Shown one piece after another: positions 29,645 through 39,026 of a DNA stretch of 64,000 bases; the stretch's first letter is position 1, and the number at the start of each line of letters is the position of its first letter. Made by a program: the position numbers and the translations under genes. Origin of the DNA: Syntrophales bacterium (GTDB lineage: Bacteria; Desulfobacterota; Syntrophia; Syntrophales; UBA8958); assembly GCA_026416455.1 (NCBI GenBank), contig JAOAFE010000003.1, positions 79,805 through 143,804 of the forward strand, written 5' to 3'. Under the pieces are notes generated by a model that worked only from the letters and a program-made list of their open reading frames with translations, ran no database searches and was not told the origin of the DNA.

Positions 29645-30541
29645 ATGAAAAATTTGCTTCATCTCCTAGGGAGTAAATACCCCATCATCCAGGGCCCCAT
29701 AGGTAATATGAATTCCCCTCAAATGGTAGCAGCAGTAAGCGAAGCGGGAGCTTATGGCATGCTCGCCCTTGGTTTCATTAGCGACCCAGAAGAGGCAAGA
29801 CGCCTGATTCGTGAGGTAAAGGCTTTGACGGATAAACCGTTCGGCGCCAATGTGGTGCTCCTTAATCCTCTAGTACGGGAAATTCTCACCGTAATCGCTG
29901 AGGAAGGCATAAAAACTGTAACCACTTCTGTGGGGAGACCAGATCAGATATATCCGTTCATCCACCAACTGGGCCTAAAGGGACTCCATGTAGTGTTGTC
30001 CCTCACCCATGCAAAGAAGGCCGAAGAATCCGGTGCCGATGGTCTGGTGGTGGTAGGAGCTGAAGCCGGCGGACTCCGTTCAAGGCAACCGGAATCGTCG
30101 ACTATGGTTCTCGTCCCCCTCGTGGCAGATAACGTTTCCCTTCCCATAGTTGCCGCCGGAGGTATCGCCGATTCTAGAGGCTACCGGGCAGCCCTAGCCT
30201 TAGGTGCCCAGGGCGTCCAAATCGGTACCCGCTTCCTCGCTTCGACGGAAAGCATCGTGCCGGAAAAGTGGAAACAGATGATTGTGGATTGTCCCGATGG
30301 AGGTACGACCCTCATACCAGTCGAGAAGGGAATGATGACAAGGGTCATTATTACCCCTTGGTTAAAAGAACTCCTTGACCAGCCGGGAATAGATTTGGAG
30401 CAGGCCATAAATTATCGTGACAGAATTGCCGCCTGGGAACGCGGAGACTATGATCATGCTTTAGCGGGGGCCGGGCAAGTCAGTGCCCTTATAAAAGATA
30501 TTAAACCCATCCGCGATATAATTGAGGAAATGGTATCTTAA
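29645..30541 (+). CDS. NAD(P)H-dependent FMN oxidoreductase (nitronate monooxygenase/FabK-like)
   Basis: YPIIQGPIGNMNSPQMVAAVSEAGAYGML, GAEAGG and AAGGIADSRG motifs. Confidence 0.8.
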   Translation: MKNLLHLLGSKYPIIQGPIGNMNSPQMVAAVSEAGAYGMLALGFISDPEEARRLIREVKALTDKPFGANVVLLNPLVREILTVIAEEGIKTVTTSVGRPDQIYPFIHQLGLKGLHVVLSLTHAKKAEESGADGLVVVGAEAGGLRSRQPESSTMVLVPLVADNVSLPIVAAGGIADSRGYRAALALGAQGVQIGTRFLASTESIVPEKWKQMIVDCPDGGTTLIPVEKGMMTRVIITPWLKELLDQPGIDLEQAINYRDRIAAWERGDYDHALAGAGQVSALIKDIKPIRDIIEEMVS

Positions 30542-31521
30542 AAAGAGCCTTCCTCACTCTCACTTTCCTCCCGCGGACCGCGATAAATATATCTATCTAG
30601 GAGGCGATGGTACGGGGTCCAAGGGGAATCATTGTCGGGAGCGTCTTTTATAAATTCCTGAAAGGCATTGATTTTGGCATCTAAGTCATCGATTTGATGT
30701 ACCATCAATGCCTCCAAAGTTTTAGGACGTTTAGGAGACCCGTATTCCAAAGAGCCATGGTGACTTAAAACAATGTGGCGTAGTTCCAAAGCCAGTTGCC
30801 ACGGAAAGTCATTTATTTTAGATATCTTTTCATTGATCATCTCGATACCTATTGTAATGTGCCCAATGAGACGCCCTTCATCGGTGTAATCCACCAATCC
30901 ATTATAAGAAAACTCTCTAACTTTTCCGACGTCGTGCAAAATCCCGCCCACGAGGACTAAGTCCCTTTTCAATCCTCGATAGTGTTCCAAGGCGAAGTCG
31001 AGCAACCTCACCACAGACAGGGTGTGTTCGAGAAGTCCTCCCAGGCAATTATGGTGAAAACCCTTAGCCGCTGGCGCCCGTTTAAATTTCTCTCTAAACT
31101 CTTCATCATCAAAAAAAGAGTGGAGAAGGGCGGCCAAATAAGGATCTTTTACTCGATCCATATACGAGCAAAGCTCATTGAAAAGCACTTCTACATCACC
31201 CTCAATGGTCGGAAAATAGTCAAGAGGATCTATCTCTTCCGGAGAGGCGGGTCTTAAATCGAGGAGGGACAGTTGTATAACATTCCTGTACGTAACGGCC
31301 CGGGAGCGGACAAATACGTAATCCCCTTTTTTGCACACCTGGTCTAACTTATCCACATTCTCCCACACTTTAGCATCCATCTCTCCTGTTCGATCTTTCA
31401 ATCGAATATTCAAATAAGGCGTGCCCTTTTGAGAAAAGGCGGAATTCTTCTCGGCTACCAAAAAAAAATCGTCCACCTTATCTCCCGCTCTTATATCTTT
31501 TAGAAACACACTTTTCTTCAT
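30538..31521 (-). CDS. OB-fold plus HD-domain phosphohydrolase (YhaM-like 3'-5' exoribonuclease family)
   Basis: N-terminal OB fold, then HD motifs (LLEHTLSVV, GGILHDVGK, HHGSLEYGSP). Confidence 0.75.
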   Translation of the reverse strand: MKKSVFLKDIRAGDKVDDFFLVAEKNSAFSQKGTPYLNIRLKDRTGEMDAKVWENVDKLDQVCKKGDYVFVRSRAVTYRNVIQLSLLDLRPASPEEIDPLDYFPTIEGDVEVLFNELCSYMDRVKDPYLAALLHSFFDDEEFREKFKRAPAAKGFHHNCLGGLLEHTLSVVRLLDFALEHYRGLKRDLVLVGGILHDVGKVREFSYNGLVDYTDEGRLIGHITIGIEMINEKISKINDFPWQLALELRHIVLSHHGSLEYGSPKRPKTLEALMVHQIDDLDAKINAFQEFIKDAPDNDSPWTPYHRLLDRYIYRGPREESESEEGSF

Positions 31522-31542
31522 CCCTTCTCCTTTATAATCATC

Positions 31543-32301
31543 TCATTGGGTATAAATGACCATCTCTCCATCTCTCACACGGCCGATGAGAATAAGGCCG
31601 GATTTACGAGCTAATTCCAAAGCCATTAAGGTAGGAACGGAAAGGGAGGCAACCATACGGATTCCCATTTTTACCAACTTTTTAACTATTTCCAACGAGA
31701 CCCGCCCCGTGCGGAGTACACACTTATCCGAAGGATCTATGTTGTTCAAGAGGCAATATCCATCTAACATATCAATACAGTTGTGTCGACCTATATCTTC
31801 CCGTAAGCATATAATCCCGTTTCTATCAGCTAAAACGGCGCTGTGTGTACCTCTAGTAATCTGATGCACGCAGGCCTTTTCAATCATTTCTTCCATTAAG
31901 GTCAAAATGCGTTCCGGTGGAAAAAGAACCGACAGGTGGTCAGGAACAAACTCTCTTTCCTCCGCTGATTCTTCTATCACCATCCGAGCCCCACTGGAGG
32001 CTAACACTCTAACGGAGGAGCTAATTTCTACATCACGATGGGTATAGACATAAACCGCCATTTGCAACCAGTCGATTTTTATCTCCTTAATATCCGCATT
32101 CTTACTGACGTATCCTTCTGAATGAAGGAAGCCCACCGCCAGCTCATCTATATGAACGCCTAAACACGCGATCTTGGTTAAAGGGTTATCATTGAGAAAA
32201 ATTTGCACCATGCGCTCCGGTACGATTGTTTCCTCCCCCGAAACGTAACTGCCCTTCTGATAACGAAAGACCTTCACCGGCTCTAAGCGCGGCTCTCCCA
32301 T
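31543..32301 (-). CDS. fdhD: formate dehydrogenase accessory sulfurtransferase FdhD
   Basis: FdhD pattern (GFLHSEG, GRHNCIDML, SGRVSLEIVKK). Confidence 0.85.
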   Translation of the reverse strand: MGEPRLEPVKVFRYQKGSYVSGEETIVPERMVQIFLNDNPLTKIACLGVHIDELAVGFLHSEGYVSKNADIKEIKIDWLQMAVYVYTHRDVEISSSVRVLASSGARMVIEESAEEREFVPDHLSVLFPPERILTLMEEMIEKACVHQITRGTHSAVLADRNGIICLREDIGRHNCIDMLDGYCLLNNIDPSDKCVLRTGRVSLEIVKKLVKMGIRMVASLSVPTLMALELARKSGLILIGRVRDGEMVIYTQ

Positions 32302-32303
32302 AA

Positions 32304-34211
32304 CTACCTCCTATTTCTCAATATTCTGTAATCCCCGGTTCGGATAGTAAGCTTTTCTAAGTCGAAATATTCCATTAGGGGTATAATGAATTTTCTAGAC
32401 AAACCGGTCATTTCTTTGAAAGAAAGGGGGGTGGCCTTTCCTTCTTTCACCAGAAGGGCCCGGTAATCTTCTCTCAACTTATCGATCACATTTCGATGAA
32501 AGAACAGTTCTTCATTGACTTTGATCAAAGACCCTTCCTTTAACATTATTTCCAGCACCAATTCTGTCTCTTTTGTTGATGCATTTTCTTCTAAAATCTC
32601 CCGCTTTGTGGGAGGAGTAAGTCCGGCCTTTAAATATCTGGTCTCTAAATATCGCTGTAATTCTTCCAGTTTCCCTAAAGAAACGCGATGGTTAAATGCT
32701 CTAACTAAATCCCTTTCTATGACGATGGATCCTGCCTTTTCCAAATCCCAGAGAGCCTGGACAAAAAGACGCAGCGGAATGAACTTTCCTATAAGTTGTC
32801 TCAGTTCTTCTTTTGAAATCCCGGCCTTCATTGGGTTTTTTTGGTGATATGTCTCGACCTCCTGCACAATATTTTTCTGCAGAAGCTCGAAAAAAGAACG
32901 GGCAACATATCTTTTTTCTTCTTCTTCCATCACAAATGCTTCTTTTGATGACCCTAATTTTTCAAGAATCGGTTTTAACCGAGTCGCACTTATGCCCGTT
33001 CGGATCACAATATCTCTGAGATTAGCTCCAACCCAACCACCTCTATTTATCATGACCTTAACCTTGGCCTCTTCCGGACCCGAAACGACAGTTGCCAATT
33101 CTTCTTCATAACTCTTCATGATTCTCCTATATTTTCTAGGCATCGGATCGAGGATTTCTCCTCCTCCAAGGGTCGTAATAGGAGAATAGCTTCTGATTAC
33201 AAATCGATCTCCCGCGACCGTTACCGTGGGCTTTTCCAAAAAAAACTGGGCAAAGGAGGTATCTCCCGGTTTCAATACCTCACGGCCAATCAACACAACG
33301 CGGGCCATAACTTCACTCGTACCTATATGGAGGCGCACAATTTGCCGATTCTTTATCTCCTGGCCGATGGTTGGGAGAATCTGTAGATGGACATCCAAGC
33401 GAAAGGTAGGAACTAACATGCCCGGTGGACCTACTACATCTCCCCTTTCTACGTCGTGCCTATCTATGCCTTGGACATTGATTGCCGCCCTCTGACCGCG
33501 GGCCACCTTATCAACGGGTAAGCCATAACTCTGAAGACCCCTTACTTTTCCTTTTAGACCCTTCGGTAAAATAACTACTTCCTCCCCCAAAAAAATACGG
33601 CCACTTGCAACGGACCCGGTCAATACCGTGCCAAACCCCTTGATGGTAAAAACCCTGTCCACTGGGAGCCTAAAAATGTCTATATCATATTGCGCTTCGA
33701 CTGAATTAACACACTCCTCCAGAGCCCGAAGGAGCTCTACCATGCCCTCGCCTGTTGTGGATGAAACAGCCACAATAGGAGCCTCAGCGAGAAAAGTACC
33801 ACGGGTAAATTCCACTACATCTTCGCGAACCATGGCCAGCCAATCTTTATCGACCAAATCAACCTTGGTGAGGGCAATAATTCCTCGCCTTACGCCCAAA
33901 AGGGTACAAATGGCCAGATGCTCCCTAGTCTGAGGCATGACACCTTCATCAGCAGCAACAACCAGTATGACGCAATCGATGCCTGAAGCCCCCGCTACCA
34001 TATTTCTTATAAACCGTTCATGACCTGGGACATCTATAATCCCTATCATTTTCCCATCGGGCAGCGTAAGGTGGGCAAATCCGATATCGATGGTTATGCC
34101 TCTTTCTTTTTCTTCTTTGAGACGATCGGTATCGATGCCGGTCAAAGCCTTAACGAGAGCGGTTTTTCCATGATCGACATGGCCGGCGGTACCTACAATT
34201 ACGTGCTCCAT
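32304..34211 (-). CDS. selB: selenocysteine-specific elongation factor SelB
   Basis: [21 protein letters not shown] and a long C-terminal winged-helix extension. The start at Met21 follows AAGGAG. The track start is 34271. Confidence 0.9.
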   Translation of the reverse strand: MEHVIVGTAGHVDHGKTALVKALTGIDTDRLKEEKERGITIDIGFAHLTLPDGKMIGIIDVPGHERFIRNMVAGASGIDCVILVVAADEGVMPQTREHLAICTLLGVRRGIIALTKVDLVDKDWLAMVREDVVEFTRGTFLAEAPIVAVSSTTGEGMVELLRALEECVNSVEAQYDIDIFRLPVDRVFTIKGFGTVLTGSVASGRIFLGEEVVILPKGLKGKVRGLQSYGLPVDKVARGQRAAINVQGIDRHDVERGDVVGPPGMLVPTFRLDVHLQILPTIGQEIKNRQIVRLHIGTSEVMARVVLIGREVLKPGDTSFAQFFLEKPTVTVAGDRFVIRSYSPITTLGGGEILDPMPRKYRRIMKSYEEELATVVSGPEEAKVKVMINRGGWVGANLRDIVIRTGISATRLKPILEKLGSSKEAFVMEEEEKRYVARSFFELLQKNIVQEVETYHQKNPMKAGISKEELRQLIGKFIPLRLFVQALWDLEKAGSIVIERDLVRAFNHRVSLGKLEELQRYLETRYLKAGLTPPTKREILEENASTKETELVLEIMLKEGSLIKVNEELFFHRNVIDKLREDYRALLVKEGKATPLSFKEMTGLSRKFIIPLMEYFDLEKLTIRTGDYRILRNRR

Positions 34212-34286
34212 GGAAGATTTCTCCTTTTCCTTTTGATTAACATAAGGATGAGTCCCTTGACAACTTTTCAAAAATTTTCATTCACC

Positions 34287-34315
34287 TTGACAGGAAAAGG
34301 GACTGCGACTAAAGT
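34287..34315 (+). promoter_or_regulatory. candidate sigma70 promoter of kdsB-rsmG
   Basis: TTGACA, 17-nt spacer, TAAAGT. A second TTGACA lies 36 nt upstream. Confidence 0.35.
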
Positions 34316-34334
34316 TGATTAGGAAGATAAAAAA

Positions 34335-35072
34335 ATGATTGCCTGCATTATCCCCGCTCGCTACGAGTCGAGTAGATTTCCTGGCAAGCCGCTGGCTGAC
34401 CTGTTGGGAAAGCCGATGATTCAGCACGTTTATGAAAGAGTGCTCCTTTCGCCAGTAGTCGACCTGGTTGTTGTTGCCACGGATGACCAAAGAATCTATG
34501 AAAGTGTTATTGCGTTCGGAGGGAAGGCGGTGATGACAGCCTCCTACCACCGCTCAGGAAGCGATAGAGCAGCCGAAGCAGCTCAACTTTTGGGACTTTC
34601 TCCAGAAGACATTGTAATCAACGTCCAAGGAGACCAACCTCTTTTAAATCCCGCACAGATAGAAGAAGTTTTGCAACCCCTTCTTACAGACGATAACATC
34701 TCCATGGCTACCCTTATCTACCGCATCGAGAGAGAAGAAGAAATCTTTCATCCTCATGCGGTGAAAACGGTTCTGGATCATCAGGGGTTTGCCTTGTATT
34801 TTTCTCGAAGCACCATTCCTTTCGTTCGTGATCAATGCCAAAAAGTAAACTATTTCAAACACCACGGTATTTATGCCTACCGCGCCAGTTTTCTCAAAAC
34901 ATTCGCCTCTCTTCCAGATGGAACGCTGGAAAAACTCGAGTCTCTGGAGCAACTTCGGGCGATCGAATATGGATATCGTATCAAATGTGTCATTTCCGCT
35001 TACGATTCAATCGAGGTAGATTCTCCGCAAGAATTAGAGCGGGTAAAAGAAATCCTTAGCCACCAAAGGTAA
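34335..35072 (+). CDS. kdsB: 3-deoxy-manno-octulosonate cytidylyltransferase KdsB
   Basis: IIPARYESSRFPGKPL, ATDD and NVQGDQPL motifs. Confidence 0.9.
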   Translation: MIACIIPARYESSRFPGKPLADLLGKPMIQHVYERVLLSPVVDLVVVATDDQRIYESVIAFGGKAVMTASYHRSGSDRAAEAAQLLGLSPEDIVINVQGDQPLLNPAQIEEVLQPLLTDDNISMATLIYRIEREEEIFHPHAVKTVLDHQGFALYFSRSTIPFVRDQCQKVNYFKHHGIYAYRASFLKTFASLPDGTLEKLESLEQLRAIEYGYRIKCVISAYDSIEVDSPQELERVKEILSHQR

Positions 35073-35075
35073 AAA

Positions 35076-35741
35076 GTGCAGGAAAATTTTAAAGAATATT
35101 TCTTTCAAAGCTTGCACGAATGGGGGCTTAAGTTAGATGAAATTCATTATTGTCAACTACTCAAATACTGGAGCCTAATAGATCTATGGAATAAGGCCAT
35201 CAATCTCGTATCCGTAAAAGATAGGATGGATTTTTTTTTCTCCCACATATTGGATTCTCTCGCCCCGCTTCCCTTCTTTCCATCCCATGACACTTCTCTC
35301 TTGGATCTAGGAACGGGAGCTGGGTTGCCGGGGATTCCGATAAAAATTCTTCGTCCCAATTTCAAACTGACACTGATTGAGGCTTCCCGCCGACGCACCT
35401 CCTTCCTGAGAGAGGTCATAAGACAACTTCAATTAAAGAATGTAACCCTAATAAACGACCGAGTGGAACATGTGATAAAAAAAGAAGAATTAATCTTCGA
35501 CAACATAATAACGAGAGCCACCTGGAAATTGTTTCCCTATCTTTCAATTGCCGACCCTCTCCTCGCCCCAGGTGGTCTGGCGGTGGCCTTAAAAGGACAA
35601 ATACCCCCGGATGAATGGTCAGAAGCGATGAAATTTATTGAAAATAAAAGATATTCTTTGATCACGGATTATTCTTACTTCCTCCCGACATCCCGGCGAA
35701 AGAGAAGGGTCTTGATTTTCAAAAAACATAATGATATATAA
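35076..35741 (+). CDS. rsmG: 16S rRNA (guanine527-N7)-methyltransferase RsmG
   Basis: W.K.INL., DLGTGAGLPGIPIKI and ARA pattern. Upstream of parAB. Confidence 0.88.
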   Translation: MQENFKEYFFQSLHEWGLKLDEIHYCQLLKYWSLIDLWNKAINLVSVKDRMDFFFSHILDSLAPLPFFPSHDTSLLDLGTGAGLPGIPIKILRPNFKLTLIEASRRRTSFLREVIRQLQLKNVTLINDRVEHVIKKEELIFDNIITRATWKLFPYLSIADPLLAPGGLAVALKGQIPPDEWSEAMKFIENKRYSLITDYSYFLPTSRRKRRVLIFKKHNDI

Positions 35742-35839
35742 TACTTAAATCTGAATCGGGCGCAAAAAAATACTTCCCAAAAACCCCCTTTTGTGTTAGG
35801 GAGGCCCCATACAGAGTTCTCTTTGCATGCGGAAACTTT

Positions 35840-36613
35840 ATGGGCAAAGTTATAAGTATTGCCAATCAGAAGGGCGGGGTAGGAAAAACTACTTCAGCTA
35901 TCAACCTGGCTGCGGCACTGGCCATTGCGGAAAAAAAAACCCTCCTCGTGGATAGCGACGCGCAGGGTAACGCCACGACGGGGCTTGGCATCAATAGACA
36001 TGAAATCGTAGAGGCAAATCTCTACCACGTTTTAGTAGGGTCAAAAGAGGTGAAGGAAGTGATTATAAACACGAGCCTTCCATCGTTGCACTTGATACCG
36101 GCAGATCAAAACCTCATTGGGGTAGAGATAGAGTTTGTATCCTTAAAGGGAAGAGAACATAGGCTAAAAAACATATTGTCCAGTGTAAAGGGTGATTACG
36201 ATTTCATTATCATAGACTGTCCCCCGTCTTTAGGGCTGCTTACTATCAATGCCCTTGTGGCGTCAGACATGGTCATTGTACCCTTGCAATGCGAATACTT
36301 TGCCATGGAGGGGCTGGGCCATTTGCTAAATACCCTTAAATTGGTGAGGCAATCCTTCAACCCTAATTTGGAACTGGGGGGCATTCTCCTCACCATGTTT
36401 GACCGGAGAAATCTTTTGTCACATCAAGTTGGCGACGACGTCCGCCGGCACTTCGGTCCAAAAGTGTTCAACACGATTATACCGAGAAACGTGCGTCTTT
36501 CAGAAAGCCCCAGCCACGGACTACCCATTCTGCTTTACGATGCGAGATCAAAAGGAGCTCTGGCTTACTTGGAATTAGCCCAGGAAATCATGAAAAACGG
36601 AAGGTTCTCATGA
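35840..36613 (+). CDS. parA: chromosome partitioning ATPase ParA/Soj
   Basis: Deviant Walker A NQKGGVGKTT. IIIDCPPSLG motif. Confidence 0.92.
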   Translation: MGKVISIANQKGGVGKTTSAINLAAALAIAEKKTLLVDSDAQGNATTGLGINRHEIVEANLYHVLVGSKEVKEVIINTSLPSLHLIPADQNLIGVEIEFVSLKGREHRLKNILSSVKGDYDFIIIDCPPSLGLLTINALVASDMVIVPLQCEYFAMEGLGHLLNTLKLVRQSFNPNLELGGILLTMFDRRNLLSHQVGDDVRRHFGPKVFNTIIPRNVRLSESPSHGLPILLYDARSKGALAYLELAQEIMKNGRFS

Positions 36614-37470
36614 AGCATAAGGCCCCTTTAGGCAAGGGATTAGGTGCATTATTTCCCGAGTTAGAAGGCAATTTAGATAGTCGTGCCATCTATCGCATTT
36701 GTGGCATAGAAGAACTTGTTCCTAACCGCTTCCAACCGAGGAAAGATTTTCCCGAACAAGAGCAAGAAGAGCTGGTCGCTTCTATTAAAGATAAAGGAAT
36801 CATACAGCCAATCGTGGTACGACCAATAGAGGGGGCCTACGAAATCATTGCCGGAGAAAGAAGATGGCGCGCCGCTCAAAAAGCAGGACTAAAAGAAGTA
36901 CCAATTATCATTCGATCGGCAACCGATCGAGAACTTGCAGAAATATCCTTGATAGAAAATCTTCAGAGAGCCGATTTGAACCCCATCGAAGAGGCTCAGG
37001 CGTATGAGACGCTAATAGACGAATTTGGTTATCATCAGGAAGAAATTGCCACTCGCCTAGGGAAAGATCGATCGACTATCGCTAATTCTTTACGCCTTCT
37101 TCGCCTCCCGGATCAAGTCAAAAAGGCGGTGGCCGAAAAACGCATTTCGTCTGGCCATGCACGGGCACTATTGTCTCTTTCCTCCAACCAGGATATTCTT
37201 TTTGCCTTCAAAGAGATAATAGCACGAGATCTCTCCGTACGTGAAACTGAATCCCTGGTAAAACGTTTAACCCAGGGAAAACCCCATCCTAAACTAGCTA
37301 AGAGAGACGCACAGCTATTGGCATATGAAAAGGAGTTCTCTTCCGTTTTAAAGACGAAAGTGAGAATCAAGGCCGGGAAAAAAGGGGGTTCTATAGAAAT
37401 AAAATTCCATTCCCAGGAAGAGCTAGGACGTCTCGCCGAACTGATAATTTATCGGCTACCGAGAGAATAA
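36610..37470 (+). CDS. parB: chromosome partitioning protein ParB/Spo0J
   Basis: QPRK.F, GIIQPIVVR, GERRWRAA and an HTH region. Confidence 0.92.
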   Translation: MKHKAPLGKGLGALFPELEGNLDSRAIYRICGIEELVPNRFQPRKDFPEQEQEELVASIKDKGIIQPIVVRPIEGAYEIIAGERRWRAAQKAGLKEVPIIIRSATDRELAEISLIENLQRADLNPIEEAQAYETLIDEFGYHQEEIATRLGKDRSTIANSLRLLRLPDQVKKAVAEKRISSGHARALLSLSSNQDILFAFKEIIARDLSVRETESLVKRLTQGKPHPKLAKRDAQLLAYEKEFSSVLKTKVRIKAGKKGGSIEIKFHSQEELGRLAELIIYRLPRE

Positions 37471-37471
37471 A

Positions 37472-37491
37472 TTATTAACATGTGTTAATAA
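37472..37491. repeat. 9-bp perfect inverted repeat TTATTAACA-tg-TGTTAATAA at the parB/dnaA junction
   Basis: Read directly from the sequence. Each arm differs from the DnaA-box consensus TTATCCACA at 2 positions. Confidence 0.6.
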
Positions 37492-38873
37492 CCCTGTTGA
37501 TAGAAGGTGATGATAAATTGGATCAAATCTGGAAAGAGGCATTAAAATTAATTAAGGAAAACATCAGTCAGCAAAATTTTGATATTTGGATTAAACCCAT
37601 CCGCCTGGCGGAAATAAAGGAAGAGGAAATCAAACTGTCCGTCCCTAATCGTTTTTTTAAAGAGTGGATTGAGGAGAACTATCTACCATTACTCAAAGAT
37701 AGTCTAAAAGTATCGACCGGTAGAACGTATGAGCTATCATTCGTGTTCCACGATGACACTCCACCTCTTGCCAGGGAAAATGAAAACCGAGTATCCCATT
37801 CAATCGGCAACAATACGAACCGAAGAGAAATTTCTCGTCGCACTCACCCCCAATTGAACGAAAAATACAGTTTTGAACGCTTCGTTGTAGGTCCTTCCAA
37901 CCAGCTGGCACATGCCGCTGCCATCTCGGTAGCTGAGCAGCCGGCCAAGAATTACAATCCCTTGTTCATTTATGGGGGTGTGGGTCTAGGAAAAACCCAC
38001 CTACTGAATGCTATTGGCCTTAGGACTTTTCAGCTCTACAATGACATGAATATTGTCTACGTCTCCGCCGAAGCCTTTATGAACGAACTAGTTCATTCCA
38101 TCCGGTGCGAAACAATGTCCAAATTCAGAGAAAAATATAGAAACGTGGAATGCTTGCTCATAGATGACATCCAATTCATCGCGGGCAAGGAAAGAACGCA
38201 GGAAGAGTTCTTCCACACGTTTAATACGCTACATGACGCAGGTAAACAGATTGTCGTTACGAGCGATAAATTTCCTCGCGATATACCTAACTTGGAAAGT
38301 CGTCTTCGATCCCGTTTCGAATGGGGGCTCATAGCTGATATCCAACCACCAGACTTAGAAACAAAGATAGCCATTATCATGAAAAAGGCCCAAGAAAACA
38401 ATATTAATCTACCCGACAGCGTAGCCTACTATATCGCCGAAAAAACCGAATCCAATATTAGGGAAATGGAGGGATTTCTGCTTCGCATTGTTGCTTATGC
38501 CTCGTTGAAACAACGTCCAATTGATCTCGAACTTGCCCGCGATGTCCTAAAACATATGATAAACCAAAAAGTTAATGATGATATATCGATAGAGGACGTG
38601 CTAAAAGTAGTCGCTTCAAAAACGGGAATTAAGGTCTCCGATATAAAATCTCCGAAAAAGAACAAAAACATAGCATTTGCCAGACAACTGGCCATGTTTA
38701 TGGCCCGGCGACTAACCCCTCTTTCCTTCCCCGATATCGGACAAAAGATTGGAAACCGCGATCACTCGACCGTCATCTATGCCTGTAGCAAGTGGGAAAG
38801 AATGATGGAAGAGGATATGAAGTTGAGAAAATTAGTCGAAGAAATCGAGGAAGCCATCCATCAACGTCGATGA
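37482..38873 (+). CDS. dnaA: chromosomal replication initiator DnaA
   Basis: Walker A GGVGLGKTHL, LLIDDIQF, RSRFEWGL and domain IV GNRDHSTVIYA. The true start may be the TTG at 37518. Confidence 0.93.
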   Translation: MLITLLIEGDDKLDQIWKEALKLIKENISQQNFDIWIKPIRLAEIKEEEIKLSVPNRFFKEWIEENYLPLLKDSLKVSTGRTYELSFVFHDDTPPLARENENRVSHSIGNNTNRREISRRTHPQLNEKYSFERFVVGPSNQLAHAAAISVAEQPAKNYNPLFIYGGVGLGKTHLLNAIGLRTFQLYNDMNIVYVSAEAFMNELVHSIRCETMSKFREKYRNVECLLIDDIQFIAGKERTQEEFFHTFNTLHDAGKQIVVTSDKFPRDIPNLESRLRSRFEWGLIADIQPPDLETKIAIIMKKAQENNINLPDSVAYYIAEKTESNIREMEGFLLRIVAYASLKQRPIDLELARDVLKHMINQKVNDDISIEDVLKVVASKTGIKVSDIKSPKKNKNIAFARQLAMFMARRLTPLSFPDIGQKIGNRDHSTVIYACSKWERMMEEDMKLRKLVEEIEEAIHQRR

Positions 38874-38889
38874 ACAACTTTTACATATC

Positions 38890-38898
38890 CTATCCACA
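38890..38898 (+). promoter_or_regulatory. DnaA box (CTATCCACA, 8/9 match to TTATCCACA)
   Basis: Read directly from the dnaA-dnaN intergenic region. Confidence 0.5.
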
Positions 38899-38970
38899 GA
38901 GGAGAAGAAGAAAAAATGATCGCCTTTATCACCATATTAGAATCTCCTGTCCAAGATAAACAGGCTCTAC

Positions 38971-38996
38971 TAAATATGCTAAATATTTTTTTATCA
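38971..38996. repeat. AT-rich tract with tandem TAAATATGC/TAAATATTT (possible DUE)
   Basis: Read directly from the sequence, about 75 bp downstream of the DnaA box and upstream of dnaN. Confidence 0.35.
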
Positions 38997-39026
38997 GAGT
39001 GAAGGTAATAATCAGGAGGAGAGATT

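Noticed and set aside
37236-37251. parS-like sequence inside parB (CCGTACGTGAAACTG)
   Set aside because: Only one half-site matches (ACGTGAAAC), with 6 or more mismatches over the 16-mer. Other CACGTG occurrences (9295, 18570, 39290, 56585, 63720) also lack the flanks.
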